DNA of 64,000 nucleotides from Anaeromyxobacteraceae bacterium (GTDB lineage Bacteria; Myxococcota; Myxococcia; Myxococcales; Anaeromyxobacteraceae), in contig JASGHJ010000002.1 of assembly GCA_047602405.1 (NCBI GenBank), positions 3,680,001 through 3,744,000 on the forward strand, given 5' to 3'. The notes under the pieces are model-generated. The model was not told the DNA's origin. It saw only the letters and a program-made list of their open reading frames with translations, and searched no databases. How positions within the stretch are numbered: position 1 is the first letter of the stretch; every line of letters begins with the position of its first letter. A program made the translations under genes and the position numbers. Positions 52,793 to 64,000 of this stretch are shown here, piece after piece.

Positions 52793-55700
52793 ATGGCGGA
52801 GGCTCCGAAGACCGCCTCCGTCCCATCCTCCACCTCCGGGAAGAGGACAGGGTCGGGGTTCGAGCTGCGCCTCGAGCGCGGGACGGCACACGTGCGCCTC
52901 GCGCGCGTGCCGGTCGTCGACGGCCTCGAGCTCGAGGTGCTCGACCTGCTCGTCCCGGACGTCCGCTTCCCCTTCGACGTCGCCGCGGGCTCCGGGCAGT
53001 TCCGGCACCGACTCTCGGACCTCGACGAGCTCGGCGTCGCCGCCGCGCCCGAGCTCGCGGAGCGCACGGTCGCCGCCGCGGGCCCGGAGGCGCTCGGGCT
53101 CCTCGACCTCCGGATCGCGTTCCGGGACGGCTTCGCCGAGCTCGCCGGCCGGCTCGCGGGCGGCACCCGCTTCACGCTCCGCGCCGGGCTCGTCCCCGCC
53201 GGCGACCGCGGCGTCGCGGTCGTCCTCCACGCCCCGCGCCTCTACGGCCCGGCCGCCCTCCCCGAGGGCGCCCTCGTGCACGCCGGCCGCCGCCTCCTCG
53301 CGGCGCTCGGCGAGGACGCCTTGCCCGAGGATCCCGTCTCCCGGCTCCTGCGCCGCGTGCTCGCGCCGCGCGGCTGGAAGATCCCGCGCGCCGTCGACGT
53401 CCGGCTCGCGCGCGCCGAGATCGTCGCGGGCGCCGCGCGGCTCGGCTGGTCGCGCGCGGCCGTGCCCGCGGCCGTCTCCGCCGACCCGGACCTCCTCGCG
53501 GCCGAGGAGGGCGCCCGCACCTTCGCCGCCGCCGAGGCGCTCCTCGAGCGCGGCGACCACGAGGCCGCCCGCGAGGCGTACCTCGCGACGCCCGCCGCGG
53601 CCGGCCACCCGTTCGCCGCCGAGCGGCTCCTGGGCCTGCTCGCGCTCGACGACCGCTTCCACGACGAGGCCCTCGACCTCGCCCAGGCCTGGCTCGCGCG
53701 CCGCCCCGGCTTCCCGGCCGCGCTCGGCGCCGAGGCCGCGGTGCGCATCGCCCGCGGCGAGGAAGCCCGCGCCGCCCGCGCCCTCGCGGAGCTCGCGGAG
53801 GGCGCCGCCGCACGCGGCGAGGTCTTCTCCGCGCTCGCCGCCGCCGAGACCGCGTTCGGCCTCACCGGCGCGGACGCCGCCGTCGCGCGGCGCGCCGCCG
53901 AGGTCGCCCTGCAGGTCCGCCGCGACCACGTCCCCGCCCTGCGCGCGCTGCGCGACCTCGCCCTCGCCGCCGGCGACCGCGAGGCGCTCGTGCGCGCGAG
54001 CCGCCGGCTCGTGGCGTACGACGCGGACCCCGCCCACAAGGCCCGCGCCCACGCCCAGCTCGGCGAGCTCCTCCTCGGCACCGACCCCGCCGCGGCGCGC
54101 CTCCACCTGGACCAGGCGCTCCGCCACGCGCCCGACGAGCCCCAGACCCTGCGCTCGCTCGCCCGCGCCTGCGAGGCGGCCGGCGAGCACCTCCGCGCGG
54201 TGCGCGCGCTCGACCGGCTCCGCGAGCTGCACCTCGCCCACGGCGACCGCGCGCTCGCGGCCGGCGCCGCCTACGAGGCCGGCGCGCTCTGGGACGGCCC
54301 GCTCGACCACGCCGAGAACGCGCTGCTCCGCTTCCGCGAGGCGGCGGAGCTCGCGCCCTCCGCCGAGGCCCACGAGCGCGCCGCCGGCGCCGCCACCCGC
54401 GCCGGCCAGTGGGCCGAGGCCGCCGACCACCACGCCGCGGTCCTCGCCGCGCTCGCCCGCGGGGCGCCCGGCCCGGCCGGCCTCGCCGCGCGCACCCGCG
54501 TCGCCCTCGCGGCGATCGCCGAGGAGCGCCTCGCCGACCTCCCCGCCGCGGCGGCCCACCTCGAGGCTGCGGTCGCGCTCGAGCCCGACCGCGGGGACCT
54601 GTGGCGCCGGCTCGCCGCCCTCGATCGCACCCTCGGCCGCACCGCCGCCCTCGCCGCCGCGCTGGAGCGCGTCGCCGCCCTCTCGCCGGACCTCGCCGAG
54701 CGGGCCGCCGCGCTCGCCGAGGCCGGCGAGGCCGCGCTCGCCCTCGGGCTCCCCGCCGAGGCGCGCGGCCGGTTCGTCGCGGCGCTCGCCGCCGACGAGC
54801 GGAACCGCACCGCCCTCGACGGCCTCGCGCAGCTCGCAGCCGCGCGCGGCGACGCCGCCGCCGAGCGCGACGCCCTCGCCCGCCTCCTGCCGCTCGCCGC
54901 CTCCGCCGACGAGACCGCCACCCTCCAGGACCGGCTCGCCGAGGCCTGCGAGAAGGTCGGGGACCTCGCCGGCGCGCAGCGCGCCCTCGCCGCCGCGCGC
55001 GCCGCCGCGCCGACCGCGGCCCGCCTCGAGGCCTCGCTCCGCCACGCCCGCCGCACCGGCGACGTGCCCGCCCACGCCGCGCTCCTCGCCGAGCGCGCCG
55101 CCGCCGCCGCGGCCCGCGGCGACGCGGCGCTCGCCACGACGAGCTGGCTCGAGCGGGCCCGCCTCCTCGGAGCGACCGATCCCGCCCAGGCCCAGGCGGC
55201 GCTCGCCGAGGCCCGCGCCGCCGCGCCGGGCGATCCCGAGGTGCTCCGGGCCCAGGCCGCCTTCGGCGAGGCGAACCGCGAGCCCCGGCTCGCGCTCGGC
55301 GCGCTGCGCGCGCTCCTCGCCCAGGATCCCGCCGACGCCTCCGAGCTCGAGGTCCGCGCCGGCCGCGCGGCGCTCACCGCCGGCGAGCCGACCGCCGCCC
55401 GCGAGCACGCCGAGCGCGCCCTCGGGCGCGACGCGCCCGGCGCCGGCGAGCTCCTCGCCGACATCCTCGACCGCACCGGCGACGAGGCCGGCCGCGCCGA
55501 GCTGCTCGAGCGGATCGGCCGTCCCCTCGAGGCCGCCCGCCTCCACGAGCGCCACGGTGACCGGCCCCGTGCCATCGCCGCCCTCGAGCGCGCCGCCGCC
55601 GACCCCGCCTCGGCCTCCGAGGCCCTCGGGCTGCTCGCGGAGCTCCGCCTCGCCGAGGGAGACCGCCGCGGCGCCGCCACCGCGCTCCTCGCGCTCGCGG

Positions 55701-58700
55701 CCCGCACGCCCGGCCGCGCCGGCGCGCGCCTCGCGCTGCGCGCCTTCGAGGCCGGCGGCGACGCCTCCCGGGCGCTCGACCTCGCCACCGAGCGCGACCC
55801 GACCTTCGCCCCTGCCCGCGCCCGCCGCGCCGCCCTCCGGGCCGACGACCCGCGCGGCGCGCTCGCCGACGCCGAGGCCGCGCTCGCGGGCGACGAGCTG
55901 CCCCCCGCCGAGCGGATCGGCCTCGTCGCGATCGCCGCCCGCGCCGCCGAGGCACTCGGCGACGACGACCGCGCCGGCGCGCACCTCGCCACCCTCGCGC
56001 GGGCCACCCCGGACGACGCCTCGGTCCTCCGCCGCCTCGCGGCCCTCGAGCGCCGCGCCGGGCGCGCCGAGGCGCTCGCCGCCACGCTCGAGCGGCTCGT
56101 CCCCTTCGCGACGCCCGCCGAGGGCGTCGCGCTCCGGCTCGAGCGCTCCGAGCTCCTGGCCGCCTCCGACCCGGCCCGCGCCGCCGCGCTCGCCGAGGAG
56201 GCCCTCGCCCTCGACCCCGACTCGACCCCCGCGCTCGCGGCCCTCGCGTGGCCGCCGCGGTCCGCCGGGAGCCCGCCCGCCGTTCGCGCCGACCGGCTCG
56301 GCCGCCTCGCCGCCCGGCCCGACGTCCCCGCCGCCGAGGCCGCCCGGGCCCACGGCGAGCGCGCGCGGCTCCTCGCCGGGCTCGGCGACGCCGCGGGCGC
56401 GCTCGAGGCCGTCCGCGCCGCCACCGCCGCGGGCGCCGTCGAGGACGAGCTCACGCACGCGCTCCGCGCCGACCTCGCCCGCCGCACCGGGGATCGCGCC
56501 GAGGAGGCGCGGGCCCTGCTCGCGCTCGCGCACGCGGCCCGTCGGCGCGGCGAGCCCACCGCCGGCGAGCGCCTCGCCGAGGCCGGCCTCGCCGCCCGCG
56601 CGGCCGGCGTCGACGGCGCCGAGGACGCGCTCCTCGCCGCGCGCACGGCCGGCGTCGAGAAGGAGACCGCCCGGCCGGTGCTCGAGGCGCTCGTCGAGCT
56701 CGCCCGCGCCCGCGGCGACGGCGCCGCGGAGCGCGAGGCCCTCGCCGCCCTCGTGCCCCACCTGCCCACCGGCGCGCGCCCCGAGGTGCTCGTCCGGGTG
56801 GCCCGCCTGGCGCTCGAGGCCGGCGACGCCGCCTTCGCCCGGGCGGCCGCCGACGAGGCGCGCACGCTCGCGCCGCGCGACCCCGTCGCCGTCGAGTGCG
56901 CGCGCGCCGCCGCCGCCGCGGAGGGCGACCACGCCGCGGTCGCCGAGCGCCTCGACGAGCTCGCCGCCCTCGAGCCGGCGACGGCCGGCGCCCGCCAGCT
57001 CGAGCGCGCCCGCCTGCTCGCCGCCCTCGGCCGCGCGGAGGACGCCGACCGCGCCTTCGAGGCCGCCCTCGCCGCGCTCGCCCCCGACCGCGCGCTCGCC
57101 GACGAGCAGGTCCGGCACCGCCGCGCCGCCGGCCTCGCCGACCCGGGCGCGCCGCTCGAGGCCTTCGCCCGCCGCGCCGGGGAGCCCCGCGTCGCCGCCC
57201 GCGCCCTCCGCACCGCCGCGGCCCTCGCGCTCGAGGCCGGCGACTGGGACGCCGCGCTCCGGCGCGCCCGCCGCACCGCGGCCCGCACCCAGGACGATCC
57301 TTGCTTCGCGGGCCCGCTCCTCGCGCGCATCCTCTACCTGCGGGGCTCCGCCGCCGAGGCGCTCGTGCTCCACCGGCGCCTCCTCGACGCGCCCGAGGGC
57401 GCGCTCGCCCCGGAGGACCGGGTCGCGGTCCTCTCCCAGGCCGCCGAGCTCGCCGAGGATCTCGGCGACCGCGAGCTCGCCGCGTCCGCGCTGACCCGCC
57501 TCCTCGCGCTGCGCCCCGCCGACGTCGACGCCGCCGGGCGGCGCTTCGCGGTCGACCCCGACCGCCGCCGCGCCATCGAGGGGCTCGCCGCCGCGGCCGA
57601 CCGCACCCGCAACCTGCACCGCCGCGTCGCCGCGCTCCAGAAGGCCGGCGAGGCCGCCCTCACCGAGCTCGAGGACCGCGCCCTCGCGGACCGGCTCCTC
57701 CGCCGCGCCCGCGCCGAGGCCGAGGTCGACCCGGCCCTCGCCGCCCGCACCGCCCGCGAGCGCGCGGCGGTCGTGCGCGCCGCGCTCGGCGTCGGCTCCG
57801 ACGCGTTCCTCGACGCCCTCGAGGAGTCCGCCGCCGCGGTCCAGGCGACCGGCGACCGCGCCGGCGCCCGCGCCCTCTACGCCGAGACGGCCGCCCTCCT
57901 GCGCGAGCGCGGCCAGCTCGCCGACGCCGCCCGCCTCCTCCTCCAGCTCGACGCGCTCGCCGCCGCCGACGGCGACTTCGACGGCTCCGCCGCGTACGCG
58001 CGCGAGGCGGGCCTCGCGCTCCGCGACGCCGGCCGCGCCGGCGAGGCCGCCGAGGTCCTGCGCCGCGTCGTGGCGACGAACCCGGGCGACGCCGAGGCGT
58101 TCGCGGCCCTCGAGGAGCTCCTCGCCTCCGGCGGCGACGCCGGCTCCCTCGTCGAGCTCCTCTCGCTCGCCGCGGCGAGCGCCGCGCCCGGCCCGGACCG
58201 CGCCGCGCTCCTCGTGCGGCTCGCCGAGGTCCACGCCCGCGCGGACGACCGGGTCGCCGAGGAGGGCGCGCTCCGCTCGGCCCGCGAGCAGGTGCCCGGC
58301 CACGCGGTCGCGACCGAGCGCCTGCAGGCGCTCCTCGCCGCCGAGGAGCGGTTCGGCGAGCAGGCCGAGCTCCTCCTCGAGCGCGCCGCGGCGGAGCCCT
58401 CCGCCCGCGCCGCGCTCCGCAGGGAGGCCGCGGCGCTCTACTCGCGCTCGGCCGATCCCGGCGAGCGGGCCCGCGGCCTCGACCTCCTCGTGGAGGCCGC
58501 CCGCGAGAACCCCGAGGATCTCGACGCGCTCCGCGAGGCCTCCCGCGCGCTCGTGGCCGCGGGCAGGCGCGAGGAGGCGGTGCCGTTCCTCTCGGCCATC
58601 GTGCTCGCCAACCCGGACGACGAGGCCGCCGCCGCGCTCCTCGCCGACGCCTGGGCCGACCGCCCGCTCGAGCAGGCCGGCCTCTTCCTCTCCCGCGCCG

Positions 58701-61700
58701 CCGCCGCGAAGGGCGAGCTGCGCGCCTTCCGCCTCGGCGAGGCCGCGAAGGCGCTCGCCCGCGCCGGCGAGGAGGGCCGCGCCCGGGAGACCCGGCTCCT
58801 CGCGTTCGAGGCCTGGCCCTCCGACACCGCCGGGTTCACCGCCGCGCTCCGCGAGGCCGCCGGCGACGCCGACCGGCTCGACCGCGTCCTCGCCGCCCGC
58901 GCCCGCGGCGTGCCCGCCGAGGCCGCCGCCTGCCACCGCGCCCGCGCCGACGCGCTCGTCGCGGTGGGCGCGCTCGAGCGCGCCGCGACCGCCTACGAGG
59001 AGGCGCTCGTCGCCGCCCCGGACGACCCGGTCCTGCTCGCCGCGCTCGCCGCCACGCTCGCGGCCGCCCGCGGCGACGCCGCCGCCTCCGACGCCGACCA
59101 CCGCCTCGTCGCGCTCTCGGACGCGAAGCCGGGCAGCGTGCCCCCGTCCGCGGAGTCGGCCTCCCGCTTCCGCCTCGGCATCGCCGCCTGGGCCGACGGC
59201 CGCCCCGCCGACGCCATCGGCGACCTCGAGCGCGCCCTCCTCCTCACGCCCTCCGATCCGCGCGCCGGCTCGGCCTGGACCGCGCTCGCCGACGGCCACG
59301 CCGCCCTCGGCCACGGCGAGGCCGCCCTCGCCGCCGCCCGCGGGCGGGCCGACCGCGCCGTCGCGCTCGGACTCGGCCCCGAGCGGCGCCTGGCCCTCGA
59401 GGCCGGCGCCGCGCTCGCGGCCCGCTTCGCCGACGAGGGGCCCGACGCCGCCGAGGTCCTCGACGCGCTCCTCGCGGTGCGGGTGCAGGCGGGCGATCCG
59501 CCCGAGGAGCTCGGCGAGCTCGCCCGCCGCGCGGCCGCCGCGCTCGAGCTCGCCGGCCAGCCGGTCCGGGCGAAGGTCGCCCTCGCCCGCGCCGGCCTCA
59601 CCGCCTCGGGCCCGCTCGCGGCGCCCGCCGTCCCGGCGGAGCTCGAGGTCGAGGTCGAGCCGCCCGCGCCCGCCGCCCCGGCCGCCCAGACCGCCCCGGA
59701 GCCCCTCGCCGCTTCGGCGCCGCCGGCCGCCGCCTTCGGCGCGGGCCGCGTGCAGGAGGCCGGCGAGCGCGCCCTCGCGGCGACCGAGCCGGCCGAGCGC
59801 GCCACCCGCTTCGTGGAGCTCGCCGAGGAGCTCCACCGCGCCGCCGCGCCGGACGAGGAGATCCGCTCGGCGCTCGACCTTGCCGCCGACGCCGACCCCG
59901 ACGCCCCCGGCCCGTGGCGCGCCCGCGCCCGCATCGAGGGGGAGCTCGGCGACTCGGAGGCCGCCGCGCGCGCGCACCTCGCCGTCGCGATCCGCGCCGA
60001 GGGCGAGGAGGCCACCGCCGCCGCGCTCGAGGCCGCCCGGCTCTTCGCCGAGGCGGGCGACCACGTCGACGCCGCGCGCGCCTTCCGCGCCGCCCACCAC
60101 GCCGCCCCGGAGGCCGTGCCGGTCGCGCTCGCCGAGTCCGAGGAGGCGCTCGCCGCCGGCGACGCCGCCGCGGCCGCCGAGAAGGCCCTCTCGGTGCCGC
60201 TCGAGGTGCTCCCGCCGGTCGCCCGCTCCGGCCACCTCCGCCGCCTCGCGCAGGCGCTCGACGAGGCCGGCCGCATGACGTCCTCCGACGCCGTCTACGC
60301 CGACCTCTTCCGCGAGGACCCGGCGGACGCCGTCGCCTTCACCCGCGCCGCGGACCGCGCCTTCGAGCGCGGCGGCGCCGACGCCTGGCTCGAGGCCGCC
60401 GCGACGCACGAGGCCGCCCTCGGCAGCTGGGGCGACGCCGATCGCCGCCGCGACCTGCGCTACGCCCGCGGCGAGGTGCTCGCCGCGGCCGGCCGCCTCG
60501 AGGAGGCCCGCGCCGCCTACCTCGGCGCGCTCGAGCTCGACCCCACCCACGAGCCGACCCAGACCTCGCTCGCGGCGCTCGACGCCCGCACCGACGACTG
60601 GGCCGCGCTCGCCGCCCGCGTCGCCCGGGAGGCCGCCGACGCCGGGACCGGCGACGCCGCCGGCCTGCACCTGCGCGTCGCGCGCATCCTGCACGACCGG
60701 CTCGACGACGGGGCCGGCGCGATCCTCTCCTACCGCGCCGCCGTCGAGGCCGCGCGCGAGAGCCCCGCCCCCGCCGCGCGCCGCGTCCAGGAGGAGGCCG
60801 AGGCCGCCCTCCACGCGCTCGGCGCGCCGATGAAGGCCGCCGAGCCGGCGGCCCTCGACGACTCCGAGCCCACCGCCGAACACCTGCTCGAGGCGCCCGA
60901 GGGTGACCCGGTGGCCGAGGTGCTGCGCGCCCAGGCCGACGAGGCGACCGGCGTCGCCCGCGCCGAGCTCCTCGAGCGCCTCGCCGGCCACCTCGAGCGC
61001 GCCGGCGACCGCGCCGGGGCCGCCGACACGCTCCTCCTCGCGCTCGCCGCCGACCCGCACCGCGAGCTGACCCACGCCTGGCTCTCCGGCCTCGTCGAGG
61101 ACGACCCCGAGCGCCTGGAGCGCGCCCGCGCCCTGCGCGCCGAGGCCGGCCTGCCCGAGGAGCGCGAGGAGCGCTCGACCGGAGACTTCCCGCCGGTCTT
61201 CCGGACCGACCGGACCACCGGAGACTTCACGGCCCCCGACCCCGAGGTCGAGGGCCGGGAGACGAGGACGACCGGAGACTTCCCGCCGGCGGAGGGAGGG
61301 GCGGATTCGGATCCGGAGACGGTTCCGGAGACGGATTCGGATTCGGAGACGGATTCGGAGACGGATTCGGAGACGGATTCGGAGACGGAATCGGAGACGG
61401 ATTCGGAGACGGAGACGGAGACGGATTCGGCCACGGATACGGATCCGGAAACGACTGCCGCAGCGGTTTCGGATGCCGCCCCGGACCCCACTCCCACGCC
61501 CGAGCGCTCCACCCTCGACGACTTCCCGGAGTCCGCGCTGGAGGAGGCGCTCGCGGCAGGGCTCAGCCGGTCGGCGAGGCCGAGCCCGTCTCCGATTCCG
61601 ATTCCGTCTCCGATTCCGTCTCCGATTCCGTCTCCGTCTCCGTCTCCGATTCCGTCTCCGTCTCCGTCTCCGATTCCGCCTCCGTCTCCGATTCCGCCTC

Positions 61701-64000
61701 CGTCTCCGATTCCGCCTCCGTCTCCGATTCCGTCTCCGTCTCCGATTCCGTCTCCGATTCCGATTCCGTCCCCGTCTCCCTCTCCTCCCCCCTCCCGTCC
61801 CCGCGCTCGATTCTCGATCTCGACCTCTCTCCCACTCCCGATCCCGATCTCGCTCTCGGTCCCGCTCCCGATCCCGAATTCCCCCCCCGCGAGGACCGCT
61901 CGACGCTCCACGGCTACTCCTCCCTCACCCCCGCCGACCTCCCGCCGCTCTCCCTCGAGGAGCCGCCCGAGCCCCCCGGCCCGGCGACGAAGCCGATCAC
62001 CTCCATCACCGGCCCCTTCCCGCCGCTCTCCCCCGGTGAGCTCTCCTCTGATCTCGCCTCCGACCTCGCCTCCGACCTCTCCGCCAGCGCCTCCGCCCCG
62101 GCCAGCTCGCCGGCCGACCTCGAACCCGACCCCGACCTGGCCGCCGCGCTCGACGCCTTCGACGCGCCCACGCCCGCTCCCGCCTCCGAGCCCGCGAACT
62201 CCGCGCCCCCCGTCCTCGCCCGCCCGCCCGAGCAGCGCACCACCGGCAACTGGCCGCCTCCCCAGCCCGTCGCGCCTCCGCAGCTCGCGCGGCCGCCCGC
62301 GCAGCGCACCACCGGCAGCTGGCCTCCGCCCTTGCCCACCACCGGGCCCGTCGGTCCGCTCACGCCGTCGCCCATCCCGCCCAGCGCCGACCCGCTCCTG
62401 CCGGAGTCCGAGGGCCCGATCGGCCCGCTGACGCCGTGGCCGATCCCGTCCCGCCCGACGCCGCCGCCGCCGCGCACGACGGGCGCCTTCCCGCCACCGC
62501 TCCCCGAGGGCCGGCCCACGGGCAGCTGGCCACCGCCGGTGCTGAAGCGCGCCGAGGGCCGTCCGGTGCACCCCACCGACCCCTTCACGCCCACCGCGCC
62601 GGACGACGCCACGGTGCCGCCCGCGCCGCCGCGCGCGGTCCCGCCGCGGCTCGAGCGCCGCCCGCCCGAGCTCCAGCCCCGCACGAAGACCGACGCCGCG
62701 TTCCCGCCGCCGCCGCGGCCGTCGACCGATCCCGGGCTCAAGGCGCCCGCCGCCCCGCCGCCGCTCCCGCGCGAGGAGCGCGCGACCGGTGCGTGGCCGC
62801 CGCCCCTGCCCTCGATGCGCGCCGGCCGCCCGCCGGGGCAGCTCGCCGCGGCCGGGCGCGAGGCGCTCGAGGCCGGCGAGCTCGACGAGGCGCGCCGCCT
62901 CCTCGAGGACGCGTTCCAGCGCGAGCCGACCGACCTCACGGTCGCGCGCGACCTGCAGCGGCTCGCCGAGCAGCAGGGCCGCGACGAGGACTACCTCTCG
63001 CTCGGCGAGCTCCTCGCCGACGCGCTCGCCTCGTACGACCCGGCCGCCGCCGCCGCGCGCTACCGCCACTTCGCCGAGCTCGCGCGCCAGCGGCTCGGGC
63101 GCGACGAGAAGGCCGCCGGCTACCTCGAGAAGGCCATCGCGCTCGTGCCCGACGACGCGGCCGCCCGCCGCGAGCTCCTCGAGCTGTGGGCGTCGCGCCC
63201 CGACACCGCGCCCCGCGCCCTCGCGGCGTGGCTCGAGGTCGTGCGGGCGGACCCCGGCGACGGCCAGGCCCTCGCCGCGGTGGTCTCGCTCACGAGCGGC
63301 CTCGCCGCGACCTCGACCCGGCTCGACGCCGGCCGGCTGCAGGAGCGCGGCCGGATCGCCTCCGCCCTCGGCGCGGTGGTCGCCCCCGGCCGCGTGCCGC
63401 CCGCCCGCCCCGCCCCGGTGGCGCGGGCGCTCCCGCCCGGCCTGCGCGAGAAGGTGGCGCTCCCCGGCGCCGGCGGCCCGCTCGCGCGGCTCATCGCCCT
63501 GCTCGCGCCCTGGCTCGAGACGCTCTTCCCCGCCGACCTCGCGCGGCGCGGGGCGAGCCCCGCCGACCGCATCGTCCCGCCGCGCGGGGCCGCGCTGCGC
63601 GGCGCCCTCGACGCCGCGGTGATCTCGCTCGGCGCCCGCTCCTACGCGGCGTTCCTCACCGAGCGGCCCGGCGTCGACGTGGCCATCGAGAACACCCAGC
63701 CGCCGTCGATCGTCGCGACGGCGGGCGTCGAGGGCCTGCCCGACCCGGCGCTCGCGTTCCTCGCTGCGCGGTCCATCGATCTCCTCACCCAGGGCTGGGC
63801 CCTCATCGGCAAGTTCGCGCCCCGCGACGTCGGCATCCTGCTCGAGCTCGCCTGCCGCTACGCCGGCGGCAGCCCGCCGTCGCTCGGCCTGCCCGAGCAG
63901 CGCGCCGGCGCCTTCCTGAAGGCGCTCGAGGCCTCGGTGCCCGCCGCGACGCGCGCCTCCGCCACCGCGCTCGCCGGGCCCGCCGCGGCCGAGCTCGCGA
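52793..64000 (+). CDS. Giant (>3700 aa) Ala-rich TPR-like solenoid protein with an acidic/Pro-rich linker; one-base frameshift near 61560; runs past the window end
   Basis: Frame 2 is open with TPR-like helices to ...EEALAA. Frame 1 then gives AQPVGEAEPVSDSDS..., the same RxTGx[FW]PP motifs and more TPRs, with no stop to 64000. Confidence 0.85.
61302..61453 (+). repeat. Coding minisatellite of GAGACG/GATTCG hexamers (ETDS repeats)
   Basis: Tandem GAGACGGATTCG units. Confidence 0.9.
61586..61778 (+). repeat. Coding minisatellite of CGTCTC/CGATTC/CGCCTC hexamers (SDSV/SDSA repeats in frame 1)
   Basis: Tandem TCCGATTCCGTC units; near reverse complement of the 61302 tract. Confidence 0.9.

Noticed and set aside
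50363..61075. 3570-aa antisense ORF and other long shadow ORFs (e.g. 575..4975, 52716..57494)
   Set aside because: Expected stop-codon scarcity in very GC-rich DNA; they mirror recognisable genes and have no motifs
61560..62431. Pro-Ser-Pro-Ile repeat C-terminus of the 3212-aa ORF
   Set aside because: Frame 1 has normal codon usage, continues the RxTGx[FW]PP motifs and TPRs, and stays open

Overview
Very GC-rich bacterial chromosomal window; gene content and codon usage suggest Anaeromyxobacter-like Myxococcota (inference). Positions 1-19350 carry a near-complete dcw cluster (rsmH-ftsL-ftsI-murE-murF-mraY-murD-ftsW-murG-murC-murB-ddl-ftsQ-ftsA-ftsZ), interrupted by one opposite-strand gene. 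Next come an esterase/methyltransferase/HD operon, two tandem outer-membrane beta-barrels, alaS, an ECF sigma module, trmB, an ABC transporter, an MltD-type transglycosylase, dusB, a ZIP transporter and a moxR-Bat operon. These are followed by a solitary RAYT-like HUH transposase, gshA, an S41 peptidase and a >3700-aa TPR-like gene running off the window. Three genes have single-base frameshifts that are probably sequencing errors. No rRNA, tRNA or CRISPR was seen. The strongest unexplained signals are: (i) six identical 15-bp palindromes (52485-52638) whose motif recurs as a 27/28-bp inverted copy in the peptidase 5' UTR and partly beside the transposase; (ii) a GTAG-containing REP-like repeat family lying in-frame in ftsW and an esterase and upstream of ftsA; (iii) a sigma54-like promoter on the transposase; (iv) two mutually inverted minisatellites and a repeated RxTGx[FW]PP motif in the giant gene.
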